A stretch of 62,160 nucleotides of DNA, filler included, from Vannella sp. (GCA_023345925.1; 6 parts of 6 records of this genome joined end to end with filler, not necessarily neighbours in it), one strand, 5' to 3'. Counted from the first letter of the whole stretch, positions 45,708 to 59,065 are shown. Program-made: numbers and translations. The notes: generated by a model not told the origin, from the letters alone.

Positions 45708-48257
45708 CTAAGTGCCTTTGAGAAGGTCTGACTCGCTCATAGTATTCAATTCGTCCAGTACTTCACTAGCTGTGGGTCGACAATGGGGTTCTTGGGCCCA
45801 ACAACGTGTAATTAAGCTCTTCAGTTTGGAAGGGAAGCCTTCCTGAAAGGGAGGACGAGCCTTTTGGTTGACAACGGCAGCTTCGATGGCAATATTGGAC
45901 CGATATTCACTAAAGAAGTGCTCTTGCTCTATCACCTCCCACAGGATAAGAGCTAAGCTATAGATATCCGCTTTCTCAGAATACTGTTCTTGCGAGAGAA
46001 TCTCAGGCGCCATCCATTTGACTGTTCCTTGCCCTAATGTCAATGTGGAGTCTATCTGCCGAGCCAAACCGAAATCAGCAAGCTTTGCAGTCCACTTGTC
46101 TGTCACCAGGATGTTCCCTGGCTTCAGATCTCGATGGATGATGGCAGGAGAAAAGGAATGGAGGTAGTTAATAGCACGGGCCGTGTCTTGGAGTATTCCT
46201 AGCTTGACTGATGGGGTCAGCTCCAAAAGAGAATCGTAAAGAACCTCCGATAATGCGCCCCGTTCAACATATTCACATACAATCGATGGGCGCCCGTCAC
46301 CTTCCCCCACGAATCCCCCGAGCAGCTGGACGATGTTGGGGTGCCGCAGGGAATGGAGAATGTTCATCTCTGAGAAGAAGAGATCTACTTCGCTCTGGCT
46401 CATCACATCATAGAGTCGCTTGACTGCCACTGTAGTGCCATTCCAGGTACCAAGATGAACAACTGCTGCAGCGCCCTGTCCCAGCATCGAGTCCAATGTG
46501 ATGTCTTTCTCAGAAATGCGGATGTTTGCTGGTATACTGAGATGATCAGCAGCAGCAAGGGAGTTCTGCTCTTTGAAGGCTTTGGCAATGATTGCGTGCC
46601 ACCGGTGGGACATCTTAATCGACCCCATTCCAAGCCACAACGAGGAATCCTCCTCTTGAATACTCAACAAACTCTTCGCTTTGAACTTGACAGGAAATAC
46701 AATCTGCTCCAGGTTGACTGTGCTATCTCCCTTCTTGGTGCTCGAGACTCGTATCTTTAAGATTTTGGAGATGGCCACTGTTCTCTGAGGAGACGTGTCA
46801 AACGCAGACCCGTAGATCTGGATTGCGACTGAGCTGACAGTGACAAACTGCGCAGTCCAAGTCTGTGAATCTGTGTGGTACACTTGAATAGTGTCTTGAA
46901 TGATAGTACCTGGCTGCTGATTTGCAGAGAGAAGTTCATGCTTCGCCTGAACGCTTCTCACTTGGTTTTTAAGTGCCGCTTGGTGGATTTGGCTGAGCAG
47001 TTTGCTCATTAACAGGCTAATAAGTGCAATATTCACATCAGCAAAAGCCCCCGGCTCCGCTTGATTGGTTAGGTATACACTTCCAAGATAGTTCCTCAAA
47101 GAGAACACTGGAACGCAAAGAAGAGACTCAGGACTGTCATGTTGATAATAGTCACTTCCAACAGAGAGGACCTGGGCGCTGTTACCCAAAACTAGTGGCT
47201 TTTCAGAGCACTCACATTCCAAGAGAATGTTATGAGAGAAGAGCTTGGTAGCTGACAAAGGCACATTCTGCAAAAGAGACCAAACGTTCTCGCGGTCCAC
47301 AGAAGCTTGTAAGACCTTTCTTCCCGCAAAGGTTGACACTAAGAAGAGTGCATCTGCATTGCAGTGAATCAAGATAGTCTGCAAGACGCTCCGACAAGCC
47401 TCAAGCACGTCAAATGAGCCGTGAAAGAGGCGGACACAGGATTCCACCAACATTGATTCTTTCTGGAGGGATTCGATGGAGTTGTTGGAGTTGGGTGTCT
47501 CTGGAATGAGGAGATCAGCAGTGGAACGGCCTCTAAAAGGCGAAAGCTCGGGTTTCCAGTTGAGATCAGTAACGGTCATCGCTCTCCTTCGGACTGGCGA
47601 TGAGGATAAAGGAGGAGACGTGCTATCAAGAGCTCTGGGGCTCATGATAGGAGACTTTGAGGCCATCAAAGGATTGATCTGAATGGGAGAGGATGAGCTG
47701 GGAGGGATTGAAGCGGGGATGTAGCCGCCGGCGAGTTTGTCGCCTGTTTCTTCAAGAGATAGTCGATCTAGTGATCCCATGCGACTCAGTTCTCTCCCTG
47801 GAGTGGACTTGGTCCGCTCTACTGGCTTGATGGAAGGAGAACGAGGAGATCCAAACAGTCCTTTCAACCGGACGCCTTTGGTGCGCCGTGTTCCTGGACT
47901 GGATGGAGCGGTAGGCGATACTGTAGCACTAGGAGGTGCAGAGAGAAGGAGATGAAGGTCCCGTGGACTCATCTGGATGGTGTGGTGGCGAAGCCAAAGG
48001 TCCAGAACCTCCACAGGAACTCTCCCCTTCTTAAAAGACTCGTTCAATGGAAATGGGGACAAGTATGTGACTCTCCCTGTACGATGAAGCTACGGAGGGG
48101 TGAGCAAACCTCAACATGAGAGAGTGGAGCGTACATGTTCCATGGCTGAGCAGAACTGCTCCAGTGTGAGGGGCGGGTTGTACAGAAGGTTACTCTCCAC
48201 ACCCAGCTCGAAAGAGCTGCTTGATTCAGGCTGAGTAGCGGCAAGGGAAAAGGTCTA
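45708..48257 (-). CDS. GAF-PH-TKL kinase (5' end lost at contig edge)
   Basis: GAF (PESLLCVPV...LGSVYLTNQAEPGAF), a PH-like segment, and kinase motifs GQGAAAVV, HRDLKPGN, DFG and GTVKWMAPE. Confidence 0.8.
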
Positions 48258-48357
48258 NNNNNNNNNNNNNNNNNNNNNNNNNNNNNNNNNNNNNNNNNNN
48301 NTTAATTAATTAANNNNNNNNNNNNNNNNNNNNNNNNNNNNNNNNNNNNNNNNNNNN
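48258..48357. other. Artificial contig linker
   Basis: N-run with TTAATTAATTAA. Confidence 0.97.
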
Positions 48358-48587
48358 CTCTCCCTAATCTTACCCTTCACTCGTTGAGTTTCTCTTGGCA
48401 AAAAGGTTCCACATCTTGCCACCTACCAGAGATGACAAGCGCACACTTACATGCCTGGTGGAGATTCACCTTTTTCGCGATATAGAATCAGACTTGTCCC
48501 CACTGAAACTGCCTTGGCGACCCTCAAAGAGTTGGTTGGTAGAAGAGTATTTACGAGAAGAGAGAACCAGATGCATTGCCAGTCCCA

Positions 48588-51006
48588 TTATTCGACGGCA
48601 TCAGATTTGTGCGGCAAATTGGAGGATTTCTCTTGTGCCATAACCATCACAATCTTCCGGAGGACAAGAAGAGCACAAACGAGCATTGGGCCGATAAGGA
48701 CGCCTTGAATTCCAAAGAAATAAAGTCCTCCAACAACACTGAGGCCAGTGACATAATGGTGGCTGGATTGAATCTCAGAGTAGACTAGCGGATCGACCCA
48801 CCAACTTGCCATCAAGTGAAGGAAGAACAATGAAAAGGCGGAAAAGGGTCGATTCCAAACCAACCAGAGCTCCAAGACTCCGGGTAAGCAATCAAAATAG
48901 GTAGGAAGGAGTGGCACCAAGGCCATGAGAGCCGAAAGAAGTGTTGGAAGGTACACCATGTGGCATCCGAACACCGTATATGTACTCCAGCACCACATCC
49001 CGTGAAATAGCGCCAATTTAAAGGCAATCTTGAAAACTTGAGAGACACTTTCCTTGATTAAGTCTCCGGCTTGATCTCTAAAGGACTCTTCTGGGAAGAA
49101 AAAGAGAACCCAAGACATCGGCTTGTACGTTTCATTATCAGATGTGCCAAGTAAGTAGAAGAGAGATGTCAGGAAGAGGAGAAGTGAGAAGAGGAAGTTA
49201 AAGAGTCCCCATCCCTTCATCACCACCCACCACACCAATCGGAAATTTAGAAGGAGTTGAGACCAAATAGTCTCTACCACCATTCTCACGTTGGAGCCGT
49301 AAGCTTTCCAGAACGACTCAGCACTGCCGGATTGTACTAAATCAGAGATAATTCCAAAGCTGATTGGGACTTCCCACTCCAGTTTGTTGAAAGATCCAGA
49401 CGTGTCGCTCCAGAACTCTCCAATCTTCTCCTGGAGGTCAACAAGATCCATTTCATTTCCAGTAATGACTTTGAGCCGAGCCTGGATCCATTCTCGGCCA
49501 TGCTGCATTACCTTTGAAGTAGTTGTCTCGTAGAGCTCTTCAAAATCAGCCGTACTATGGAAATACTCTTTCAGATAGTCAATATGTGGTACAATAACAG
49601 TCCTCATCTCCCAGATATCTTCTGCAAGTTGAGCATTCTCTTTGTACAATTGTACAGAAAAGAAAATGACCACAACAACCACACAAGCAATCAGTAGACC
49701 AATAATAACGATGGAGTAGAGGATGTTGAGCTGATTGCGAACCCAACGGATCAGGAACTGGTCTCCTGTCTCAAAGCAATCCCAACAGAACCTCATAGGA
49801 GGAGGGACAATGTGCTGTTGGAACTTCTTGTAAGAGAGGATTCTCTGTAAAGCATATTTGAGCCCCAAGACGAACCAATAACAGGTTGCAGTAACCAGCA
49901 AGAACGCAACAACTTGTACAATATTGGCGACGTACATCACACAGAAGATGGCCAAGATAGTAATAAGCTCTGTCGAGAAAGAGTGCTTTGAAGTCTTCTT
50001 CACGGCCTTCTCCTTGGATGGGGAGCGTTCGCGATTACCAATCTTCTGATAGAGACCTAATAGTGCACACGCTACTATTCCAGTGAATATGAGGACTGTC
50101 AGCCAGTTTTTCATGATGTAAGGATACGCAGTGAGCGCAAAAAAGACTAAAATAATCCATTTCACAGCTAAACAGAACTTTGCATTGGCCATTCGGTTCA
50201 CCTCTACGTAGACAGTCCCCAAATAGACCAATCCTACGGCCAAAATGACGAAGATACTGATGTGCGCCGTATTCTCCGCCACTTTAACTCCAGAGATAAT
50301 GAGATTCTCCACAATTAGGAGGATTTTCTGCATTCCCTAGTGAGAATAGAGTAGAATAGAAGCGCGCAGTCCCTTACAGAGAAGAGGAGCTTCCCTATCC
50401 GGACGAATGTTTCGACGATGGCAGGCAATCCGGCGAGGTCAATGAGGATATTGACAGCCAGGAGGCATCCGACAGTGACAGTTCGAGTGGTAGTCTATGA
50501 GGAGTATACTATGAGAGACTTTCAGACGCTGTAGGAAGTCGTACCTTCGTGAGGAAGCGATAAAGCTCTCCAGGGAGGCTCAGCAAGAGGAATAAGAGTC
50601 CTGCGAAGAGGGGTATGCCTCGATTAGAGACCTCTTCTAACCAGCGATCACTTTTTGACACCCATTTGGTCTTGATAGGATGCAGGAGAGCGCCACAAAG
50701 CACCGCCCAGAACAACGGTTCGATAAACTCTTGAAAGACGAACCAAAGAGCGATAGCAGAGGCTGTGAGGAACAGAAGGATTGCGTTGGCAGCAGAGTAA
50801 TAGAATGCTTGCGTTAGACGGTCCTCCTGTAGCTTCTCAACGATAGAACTGCGCAGTTTTCCCGTCAGTGCGCTCAAACTCTCGCTCTCTCTCTCCAGAC
50901 GCTTCGCCTCCGCCCCACCTTCACCGCCCACTCTTCCTCCGTTCGCAAACTCTACTGAAGGCAACGCAGGCCCAGGGACACTGCTCTTCGACCGACCCCG
51001 TTGCAT
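48588..51006 (-). CDS. TMEM245: TMEM245 (AI-2E-family-related multi-pass membrane protein)
   Basis: EFIEPLFWAVLCGALLHPIK, FKLALFHG and HHYVTGLSVVGGLYFFGIQGVLIGPM. Confidence 0.85.
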
Positions 51007-51056
51007 GAAAGAGTCCCGCACGAGCAAATGAGAGCAGAACGGACAGAACAGCACCT

Positions 51057-52361
51057 TTACTTGGCATTCCAGTCATCTTCGGACATGCGTAGGGCTATTC
51101 GGCTCCTCAAAAGGCCAGTAATAGCGGAGGATAGAGTGGCACTGGAGCGGCATTGGCTCAGTTCCGAGGAGATTTGGTTGAGCCACGCGCTGCTGATGTC
51201 TAAGTTGAACACGTTATCAAGATCGCTGATGTCCTGGGAGTTGCGGAGGACGTGGCCGATCGCTTTGAGCTTGAGCTCGCTGAGAAGTCGACATAATTCG
51301 ACTCCCACGCCTACTACGAGGGCTTCAGAGTATGAAAAGTTCGATAACGCATCACTGAGTATCATTACTAGACGGGTAAAGAAGTTTCGGTCCGTAAAGA
51401 ACTGCGAGAATTGAGAATACACTTCTTGATGGGCTAAAATAGGCAAATACTTATAGCCCCACAGCATGGCAAGCTTCAAAGCCATCTCAGCTAGTCTATT
51501 AGCAGAAGAGCTTCGCATTCGAATGCGAGTAGCACAGTTTGTGATGATGTTCTTAGCCAAACGCACGCGCGACTTTTCGTCTATTTCTTGTGAGACGATG
51601 AAAGAGAACCTGGCAAACTCTGGCAGTTGCTTTACTGTAGCCTCAACCAACGCTTCTAATCCAAAGTACTTTCCTACCACAGTTCTTTTCCCACAATCGA
51701 CTGCGTCGCAGATAAGTTCCTTCGTTCGATGCCGGAATCGGAAATCATCCGAAAAGCAGACCGGACAGCATTCCATCTGGTAGTTATGACGGTCACTAAC
51801 TACTCCATACACTCCACGTAAGCTCGTGAAGTTGGCTTCCAGAATGGAGCTGCGAACCGCTTGGATCTGCTCGGGACTGGCCGAGTCGATTTTGTTCAAT
51901 ATAAAGATCAAGGAGAGGTCTGGGAACAGCTCCTCACATAGACTTCGTTCAAAAGGTTGAAAGCGTGAATGAGACATATCCAAAACGTACCAAACGACGT
52001 GGAGGTGGTCAGAAATGTCCGCGGAGGACCGAAGGTTCTCGAGAAACGACCGTGTGTCCTCCAGGAACTCGATGTGGTTGCCATGCTCCAATCCTTTTGT
52101 GTCATAGAGTACCACTGGCTTATCTTCAGACGCAAAGCGCTCCATATGACGACTAACAGGCTCCCCTGAACCAGTGGGAGCAAACGTGCGCCCCAGAAGC
52201 GCGTTCACTAAGGAGGACTTTCCCGCTCCCGTTTTACCAATGATCAAGATGTTGGGCCGCTTCAGCTTGCCTGTGAGCGTCGTGAAGGCTGTGTTGAGCT
52301 GCAACACGACGTCCTTCAACTCCTTCTGGTCCAACGAGGCGGGAGGCGCCTCTGTCTCCAT
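51057..52361 (-). CDS. Era/MMR_HSR1-like GTPase with Cys-rich insertion and helical C-terminus
   Basis: G1 GKTGAGKSS, G3 DTKG, G4 NKID, and CCPVC...CDAVDC. Confidence 0.8.
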   Translation of the reverse strand: METEAPPASLDQKELKDVVLQLNTAFTTLTGKLKRPNILIIGKTGAGKSSLVNALLGRTFAPTGSGEPVSRHMERFASEDKPVVLYDTKGLEHGNHIEFLEDTRSFLENLRSSADISDHLHVVWYVLDMSHSRFQPFERSLCEELFPDLSLIFILNKIDSASPEQIQAVRSSILEANFTSLRGVYGVVSDRHNYQMECCPVCFSDDFRFRHRTKELICDAVDCGKRTVVGKYFGLEALVEATVKQLPEFARFSFIVSQEIDEKSRVRLAKNIITNCATRIRMRSSSANRLAEMALKLAMLWGYKYLPILAHQEVYSQFSQFFTDRNFFTRLVMILSDALSNFSYSEALVVGVGVELCRLLSELKLKAIGHVLRNSQDISDLDNVFNLDISSAWLNQISSELSQCRSSATLSSAITGLLRSRIALRMSEDDWNAK

Positions 52362-52591
52362 CCCGCCCCCAAATGCTCTCTTTCTATCAAGCCAGAGAAG
52401 TATGATGACGATGCTTCCCGCCTTTCTCTTCGAATTCTCCCGGATGATTCGTCCTGGTCACGTGTTGCCTTCTCTTCCTCCTTGTGTTGCCCTTTGGGGC
52501 TGGGGGTGAAGTAGATGCTTCATTGGGTGGATGCTGCGAACTGCAAGAGTTGTGAGAACGCACAGTGGTGGCAGACTCTGGGGGAGGGAGT

Positions 52592-53028
52592 TCACGCTTG
52601 GAGAATGGCGGTGAGGAGGGGAACGGGTGTTCCTAGCCACAAGGCGCGCTGGGTGTGGTTGATAAAGAGCTCGCTTCTGTTGGAGTTGGGGTGGATGAGA
52701 ATGGACAGGTCGCCGTGGTTCATACACAGCCATGGGATCACTTTCCTGCTAGAACGTGAACCACCGCGGAAAGGACAAGGCGGGAGCGCACTCACGCGAA
52801 CTGACTCTCAGTGATCATATGTGCCTCCCACATCCCAACAGGATGTGGGCCAATGGGGTCCCGCTGAGGAGGAAACATCCGCAAGGAAGGAAACGAAGCC
52901 TTCAAACTGTCTCGGAGGCGCACTGCTTGCGCCTCTGACTCTGTCTCCTTCTCAAAGTAAACATGGATGTCATAATGAGTGAAGTACTCGTTCATGGGGG
53001 TGTACGCCCCCTGAATGACCTCCTCCAT
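52592..53028 (-). CDS. DOPA 4,5-dioxygenase family protein (2 exons)
   Basis: HYDIHVYF, PIGPHPVGMWE, IPWLCMNHGDLSILIHPN and HTQRALWLGTPVPL. Confidence 0.85.
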
Positions 53029-53187
53029 GGTGAAGGGGAAGAACAAATGAAGCGGACACGCTTCATTTCCACATTCTAGTGGGCAAGGAGGTCTTCCTTG
53101 AACCTCCAAAAGAGTCAGATCCTGAAGGGAAGGTCTCTTCTTCTCGGTGAGTCACCCAAACAAGGAAAAGTGACATTGATAACCGTC

Positions 53188-53260
53188 TCCCGGGGTCTAT
53201 TTGGATCAAAATCCACTGCCTTACGGTCTTCAGTGAACTCTTCATGGTAAACCCTCGGGG
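53188..53260 (-). promoter_or_regulatory. SECIS element (type II) in the GPx 3' UTR
   Basis: Minus strand reads GGGUUUA-CC-AUGAA-GAGUUCACUG-AAGA-CC(GUAA)GG-CAGUGGAUUU-UGAU-CCAAA-UAGACCC: helix I, UGAN/NGAN quartet, 10-bp helix II, apical AA and mini-stem. Confidence 0.9.
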
Positions 53261-53287
53261 GAAGGTCCTGTGAGAGGAGCAAACTCG

Positions 53288-54707
53288 CTATTTGGCATCA
53301 GAATCTTCAGGGCTCAAGGCATCTCCATCGAGGAGGGCATTAATACTCCTTCGTAGACCCAAAGGGTTTCTTGAAGATCCCCAGCGGCCCTGGGGAATGC
53401 CTTGCTGATCCACAAGAAACTAAATTGCAAGTGAGAAGAGGACTTCAGTGGGGAAGGCAATTGGGCTGGCTGCTAACCTTGGTAAAGTTCCATTTGATAC
53501 TCGGGCTGAGCGTCCCTTTGACAGAATGTTTAAGGAACTTCCACAGTGGATGAGCGTCAGGTCCGTTCACTCTTACTTTGGCAAAAAGAGGAAACTCGGC
53601 GCCATATTCACTCGTAGCGAATTCCTTAATCTCTGCCTCTGTACCAGGCTCCTGGCGTCCGAATTGGTTGCAGGGGAAAGCTAACACCGTGAAGCCGAGA
53701 GAAGCAAACTCTTGGTAGAGCTCTTGCATCTGACGATAGTTCACGGCGGTCTTTCCTCACGCTGTTGCCACATTGACCACCAAACATACATTTCCTGCAT
53801 ATTTGGAGAGGTCCACTTCGTTCCCGTCAATATCTCTGCAGTTGTAGTCGAATAAGGAAGATGGCACATCTGGGCCGAGGCTCTCTTCCTCTTCTATCCC
53901 AATTCCTGCATCCACCAAGACACTCATCCAACTCTCCTGCTCTGCAGCAACATCACAAGCGAAGGTGAATGACTTGGCTGCCGAGAAGATGGTAAAACAG
54001 AAGCTCCCCTTCTTTGCTCGAGCGCCAGTCTCTTCTCTGATGCTAACACCATCTGCCAACTCAATCACACGCTTAGGAGAAGGGTCGAGGTTGCTCAGAA
54101 AGTAGTAAAGCTTCCCTTCGTCCTGCTTGACAAGGAGATAACGGCGGTTCCAGAAGACCTGACCGCTGGAATGTACCCATCCTGCTTTTGTCACTCCACA
54201 GTCGGACAACAGCTCTGCTACTGATGGACCCTTATCTTTGACTGTTCTGTGCAAAGGATCGTGTTCCTACAACACTTTGAGACTGCGAAGGGACCTCAAG
54301 AAGGAGGAACGAACTGGGAATCGGTAAAAGAGGGACATGTCCTTGAAGTCGTGGCCATAAGTCACGTGGTTGAAGATGCCGTTCTTCAGCATCTGTTGGC
54401 CGAGTGTAACTGCGCCTTCCCTTGTGGTGGAGAAGCCATGGGTGATCATCCAAGAGACCGCCTCACTCCCTGCAAGGAGAGCCAAAGTGAGTCATCCTGT
54501 TCCATCTCAAGAGAAGCTAACACACCAAGAAACACAGATCGATACTTGCGCAGGTTGTGCGAACGATCTTTGATGGCGACTCCGTTCTCTCCTCGCATGC
54601 ATTGTCCCAGATCCTCCCACTACCACACAACATCCATAAGACACCTATCTCCCTATCCCACTCACCACACGCACCACTTTGTGGTCCTGCTCCCTCGTAC
54701 AAGCCAT
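53288..54707 (-). CDS. DEP-PH-glutathione peroxidase (GPx4-like) selenoprotein, 5 exons, about 403 aa, with Sec encoded by TGA at 53757-53759
   Basis: Exons 54666-54707, 54526-54619, 54315-54469, 53478-54266 and 53288-53419 join in frame. DEP: GVAIKDRSHNLRKYRSVFLGSEAVSWM...HDFKDMSLFYRF. PH: KAGWV...WNRRYLL...EQESW. GPx: VNVATA-U-GKT, FPCNQFGRQEPG, IKWNFTKFLVD. Confidence 0.9.
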
Positions 54708-54834
54708 AAAGGGGACGAACCACCACCAACACCCCCAGAAAAGAAAAGAATGGGAAAACTCATTTAATTGATGCCACATTCGGAAGGAGAATTGGCGGAG
54801 AAGATTCATTTCACTTTGGGCTTGAGGGAGGGAC

Positions 54835-55744
54835 ATGGTCAAGTCCCTGGCGATTTACGAGTCCGAATTTAAGTCTGTTGTGCGGCAGGTAGAGAGAGCG
54901 GTAGATGAGATACCGTTAGCTGCGTCTGCAGGTGGGTCTGAGTGGTGATGGGAGGGAAAGAGGCTAACGGAGGGGTAGAACGGCGCAAGGAACTCGCAAA
55001 ACAAGCCCAGGATGCCCTGGAAGAAGCTGACGAGGTCCTTAAAGAGACGAGTATTGCAAGTGGCTTCACAAAGGAGGATTGGACTGGCCGTATCAACGAA
55101 CTCGAGGTGGAACTGAACCAATGGCGCAAACAGCTACGTACAGTACGCTTCCTACCAGTATTGTAACAACAGAACCCTCATGGTAACCTCTGAGTAGGCT
55201 ACTACCAAGGTCACGTACGATTCAGAGTACAGCGAGTTAACTGCAGGAGGAAGTCTCCTTCGGGAGGCTGTTACTGCGGATGATCATCGCTTACGGTAAG
55301 GCTTAGGGCCATGCTGTGTAAACAGAAGCTCCCCTTCTTTACTGACAGGCTTGGAAGGATGGACCACGCGACGCAAGTGATGAGCCAGGCCTCCGGGCAT
55401 GTGGTTCAGATGAATCGAATCGCTCAGGACACCATTGAGATGGCTGCAGACACAATGGTGATGATAGACGATCAAGGGAATCAAATCCATGCTGGGCGCG
55501 ATCGGGTAAGCGCTTCTCAGAGGAGTTTTTGGCTTCCAGGGCCTGACAAAAGTCGATCCAGCTGAGAGACATGAATCAGTCTCTCAACCGGGCACAGAAG
55601 ACAATGCGTAAGATCGGTCGCACGCTCATGACAAACAAGATCTTCTTGGCTCTCGGAGTGATCGCACTTATTGTGATTATCGGCCTTCTTCTTTTCATCA
55701 AATTCGGGACTGGCCTTTTCTCTTCCAGCTCTTCCAGCAACTAA
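54835..55744 (+). CDS. VTI1: Qb-SNARE, VTI1-like, multi-exon
   Basis: Helical N-terminal domain (IYESEF), a SNARE motif (RIAQDTIEMAADTMVMIDDQGNQI...SLNRAQKTMRKIGRTLMTNK) and a C-terminal TM helix. Confidence 0.75.
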
Positions 55745-55986
55745 ATCTCTTCTACAAAACTCTTACCATGTGCTAAACCAGAAGTAGCTTTCCTCTTCTC
55801 TTCAAACAAGGCCTGGTGAGATCCCACCTGCGCAACTGGACTTAGATGAGTCGTCGTATGTTTAAGGGTTCTCAACTCTGTAGAATGCGCGATCTGCTAC
55901 CAGGCTCACAAAAGAGAGAAAACATTCCCTCCTCCTCCCTCCCAAATAGGAAATACTCCTTAGTCCATTTTAGGATTTTTTGCGGC

Positions 55987-56086
55987 NNNNNNNNNNNNNN
56001 NNNNNNNNNNNNNNNNNNNNNNNNNNNNNNTTAATTAATTAANNNNNNNNNNNNNNNNNNNNNNNNNNNNNNNNNNNNNNNNNNNN
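55987..56086. other. Artificial contig linker
   Basis: N-run with TTAATTAATTAA. Confidence 0.97.
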
Positions 56087-56386
56087 TCTTGCACCTGAAG
56101 GGGCGATTTTCTGCTTCAGAGGTTCTGCCAGTCCGACAGGTTACCCAGACTACCGAGGATTGAGTGATTCTCCTCAACTGGGCGAGATGATGAGGGGCGA
56201 AAGTGAACCAATGGCAGTATTGTCAGGTGGATAGCCAGATCATATCTCCATTTTACCAGAACTGACTTTCAAGAACTGTAATCTGCCTTCCTTCCTGAAC
56301 CTTCGTCTGAATGAGGGATAAGGGAAGCACCCAGAAGTGGAAAGGCCGATGGGGATTGAAAGCTCTGTTACCTTTATGAGGAAGAG

Positions 56387-58153
<1,767 letters not shown>

Positions 58154-58311
58154 GGCGTGGCTTGTCACGAAAGAATAACTCTGCCTACAAAAAATAAACC
58201 AAACATTTAATTTACTTCCGCAAGAGAAGGATTTCAGAAAAAAGAGAGGTTTCTCAGTTCTGTTGTCCCAAAATGATTTGCTTTGGACCTTTATTTGTTG
58301 GCTTGGTGCGG

Positions 58312-59065
58312 ATGACTACGCAACAGGAGGAGAAGGATCTCTGGAATGAGGACCTCATTGCTCTACCTGAGGAGAAGGGGAAGAAGGAGAAAAAGGCAAA
58401 GGCGGTGGTGTACGTGGGGCGCCTGCCTTTTGGCTTCTTTGAGGAGCAACTGCGCGAGTACTTCTCTCAGTTTGGAGAGATCACGCGTCTGCGCCTTTCT
58501 CGTAATAAGAAGGTGGGAGCCTTCTTCTCTCTTCATCTCTGTTCAGAACTGATCTCCTGTAGACGGGGAAATCGAAGCATTATGCTTTCCTTGAGTTCAA
58601 GAGCGAAGAAGTCGCTTCCATTGTAGTGGAAACCATGCACAACTACCTCCTCTTCGGTCACCTGTTGCAAGTGAAGCGAGTTGATCCTGATCAGGTGCAC
58701 TCCCGTCTGTGGGTTGGCCATTACGTCAGCAAGAACAAGGGCCTCCACATGAAGGTGGGCAAGGAGTCTATCATGGAGAAGAAAGCCATTGCCCAGGTTA
58801 ATAAGGTAAAAGGGAGCCTATGATCGCTTGATCAAGCCGCTCACACTCCATTGTGTTAGCCCAAGTCGAAGGTTGAGGTGCAGAAGTTCCGTCTGTCGCT
58901 TCTCAAGAAGGAGAGAGAGAAGAGAAAGGCTTTAGTCAAGCTCGGCATCAAGTACGACTATCCTGGTTTCGTAAGTGGCGTAACGGCACTTGCATTCTCT
59001 CTGACCTTGATCCCCAGGCCGCGACGGCCACGCAAGAGGAGCTCAAGGCCGTCAACATCCAATAG
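58312..59065 (+). CDS. NIFK: Nucleolar RRM protein NIFK/Nop15
   Basis: [61 protein letters not shown] and KLGIKYDYP. Confidence 0.9.

Noticed and set aside
9651..53759. Genome-wide stop-codon reassignment
   Set aside because: TAA, TAG and TGA all end conserved genes normally (Aurora TAA, NIFK TAG, WRAP73 TGA). Only the GPx TGA has Sec context and a SECIS.
27932..56086. Five recurring TTAATTAATTAA palindromes
   Set aside because: Each is centred in a 100-bp N spacer and is an assembly concatenation linker, not biology.
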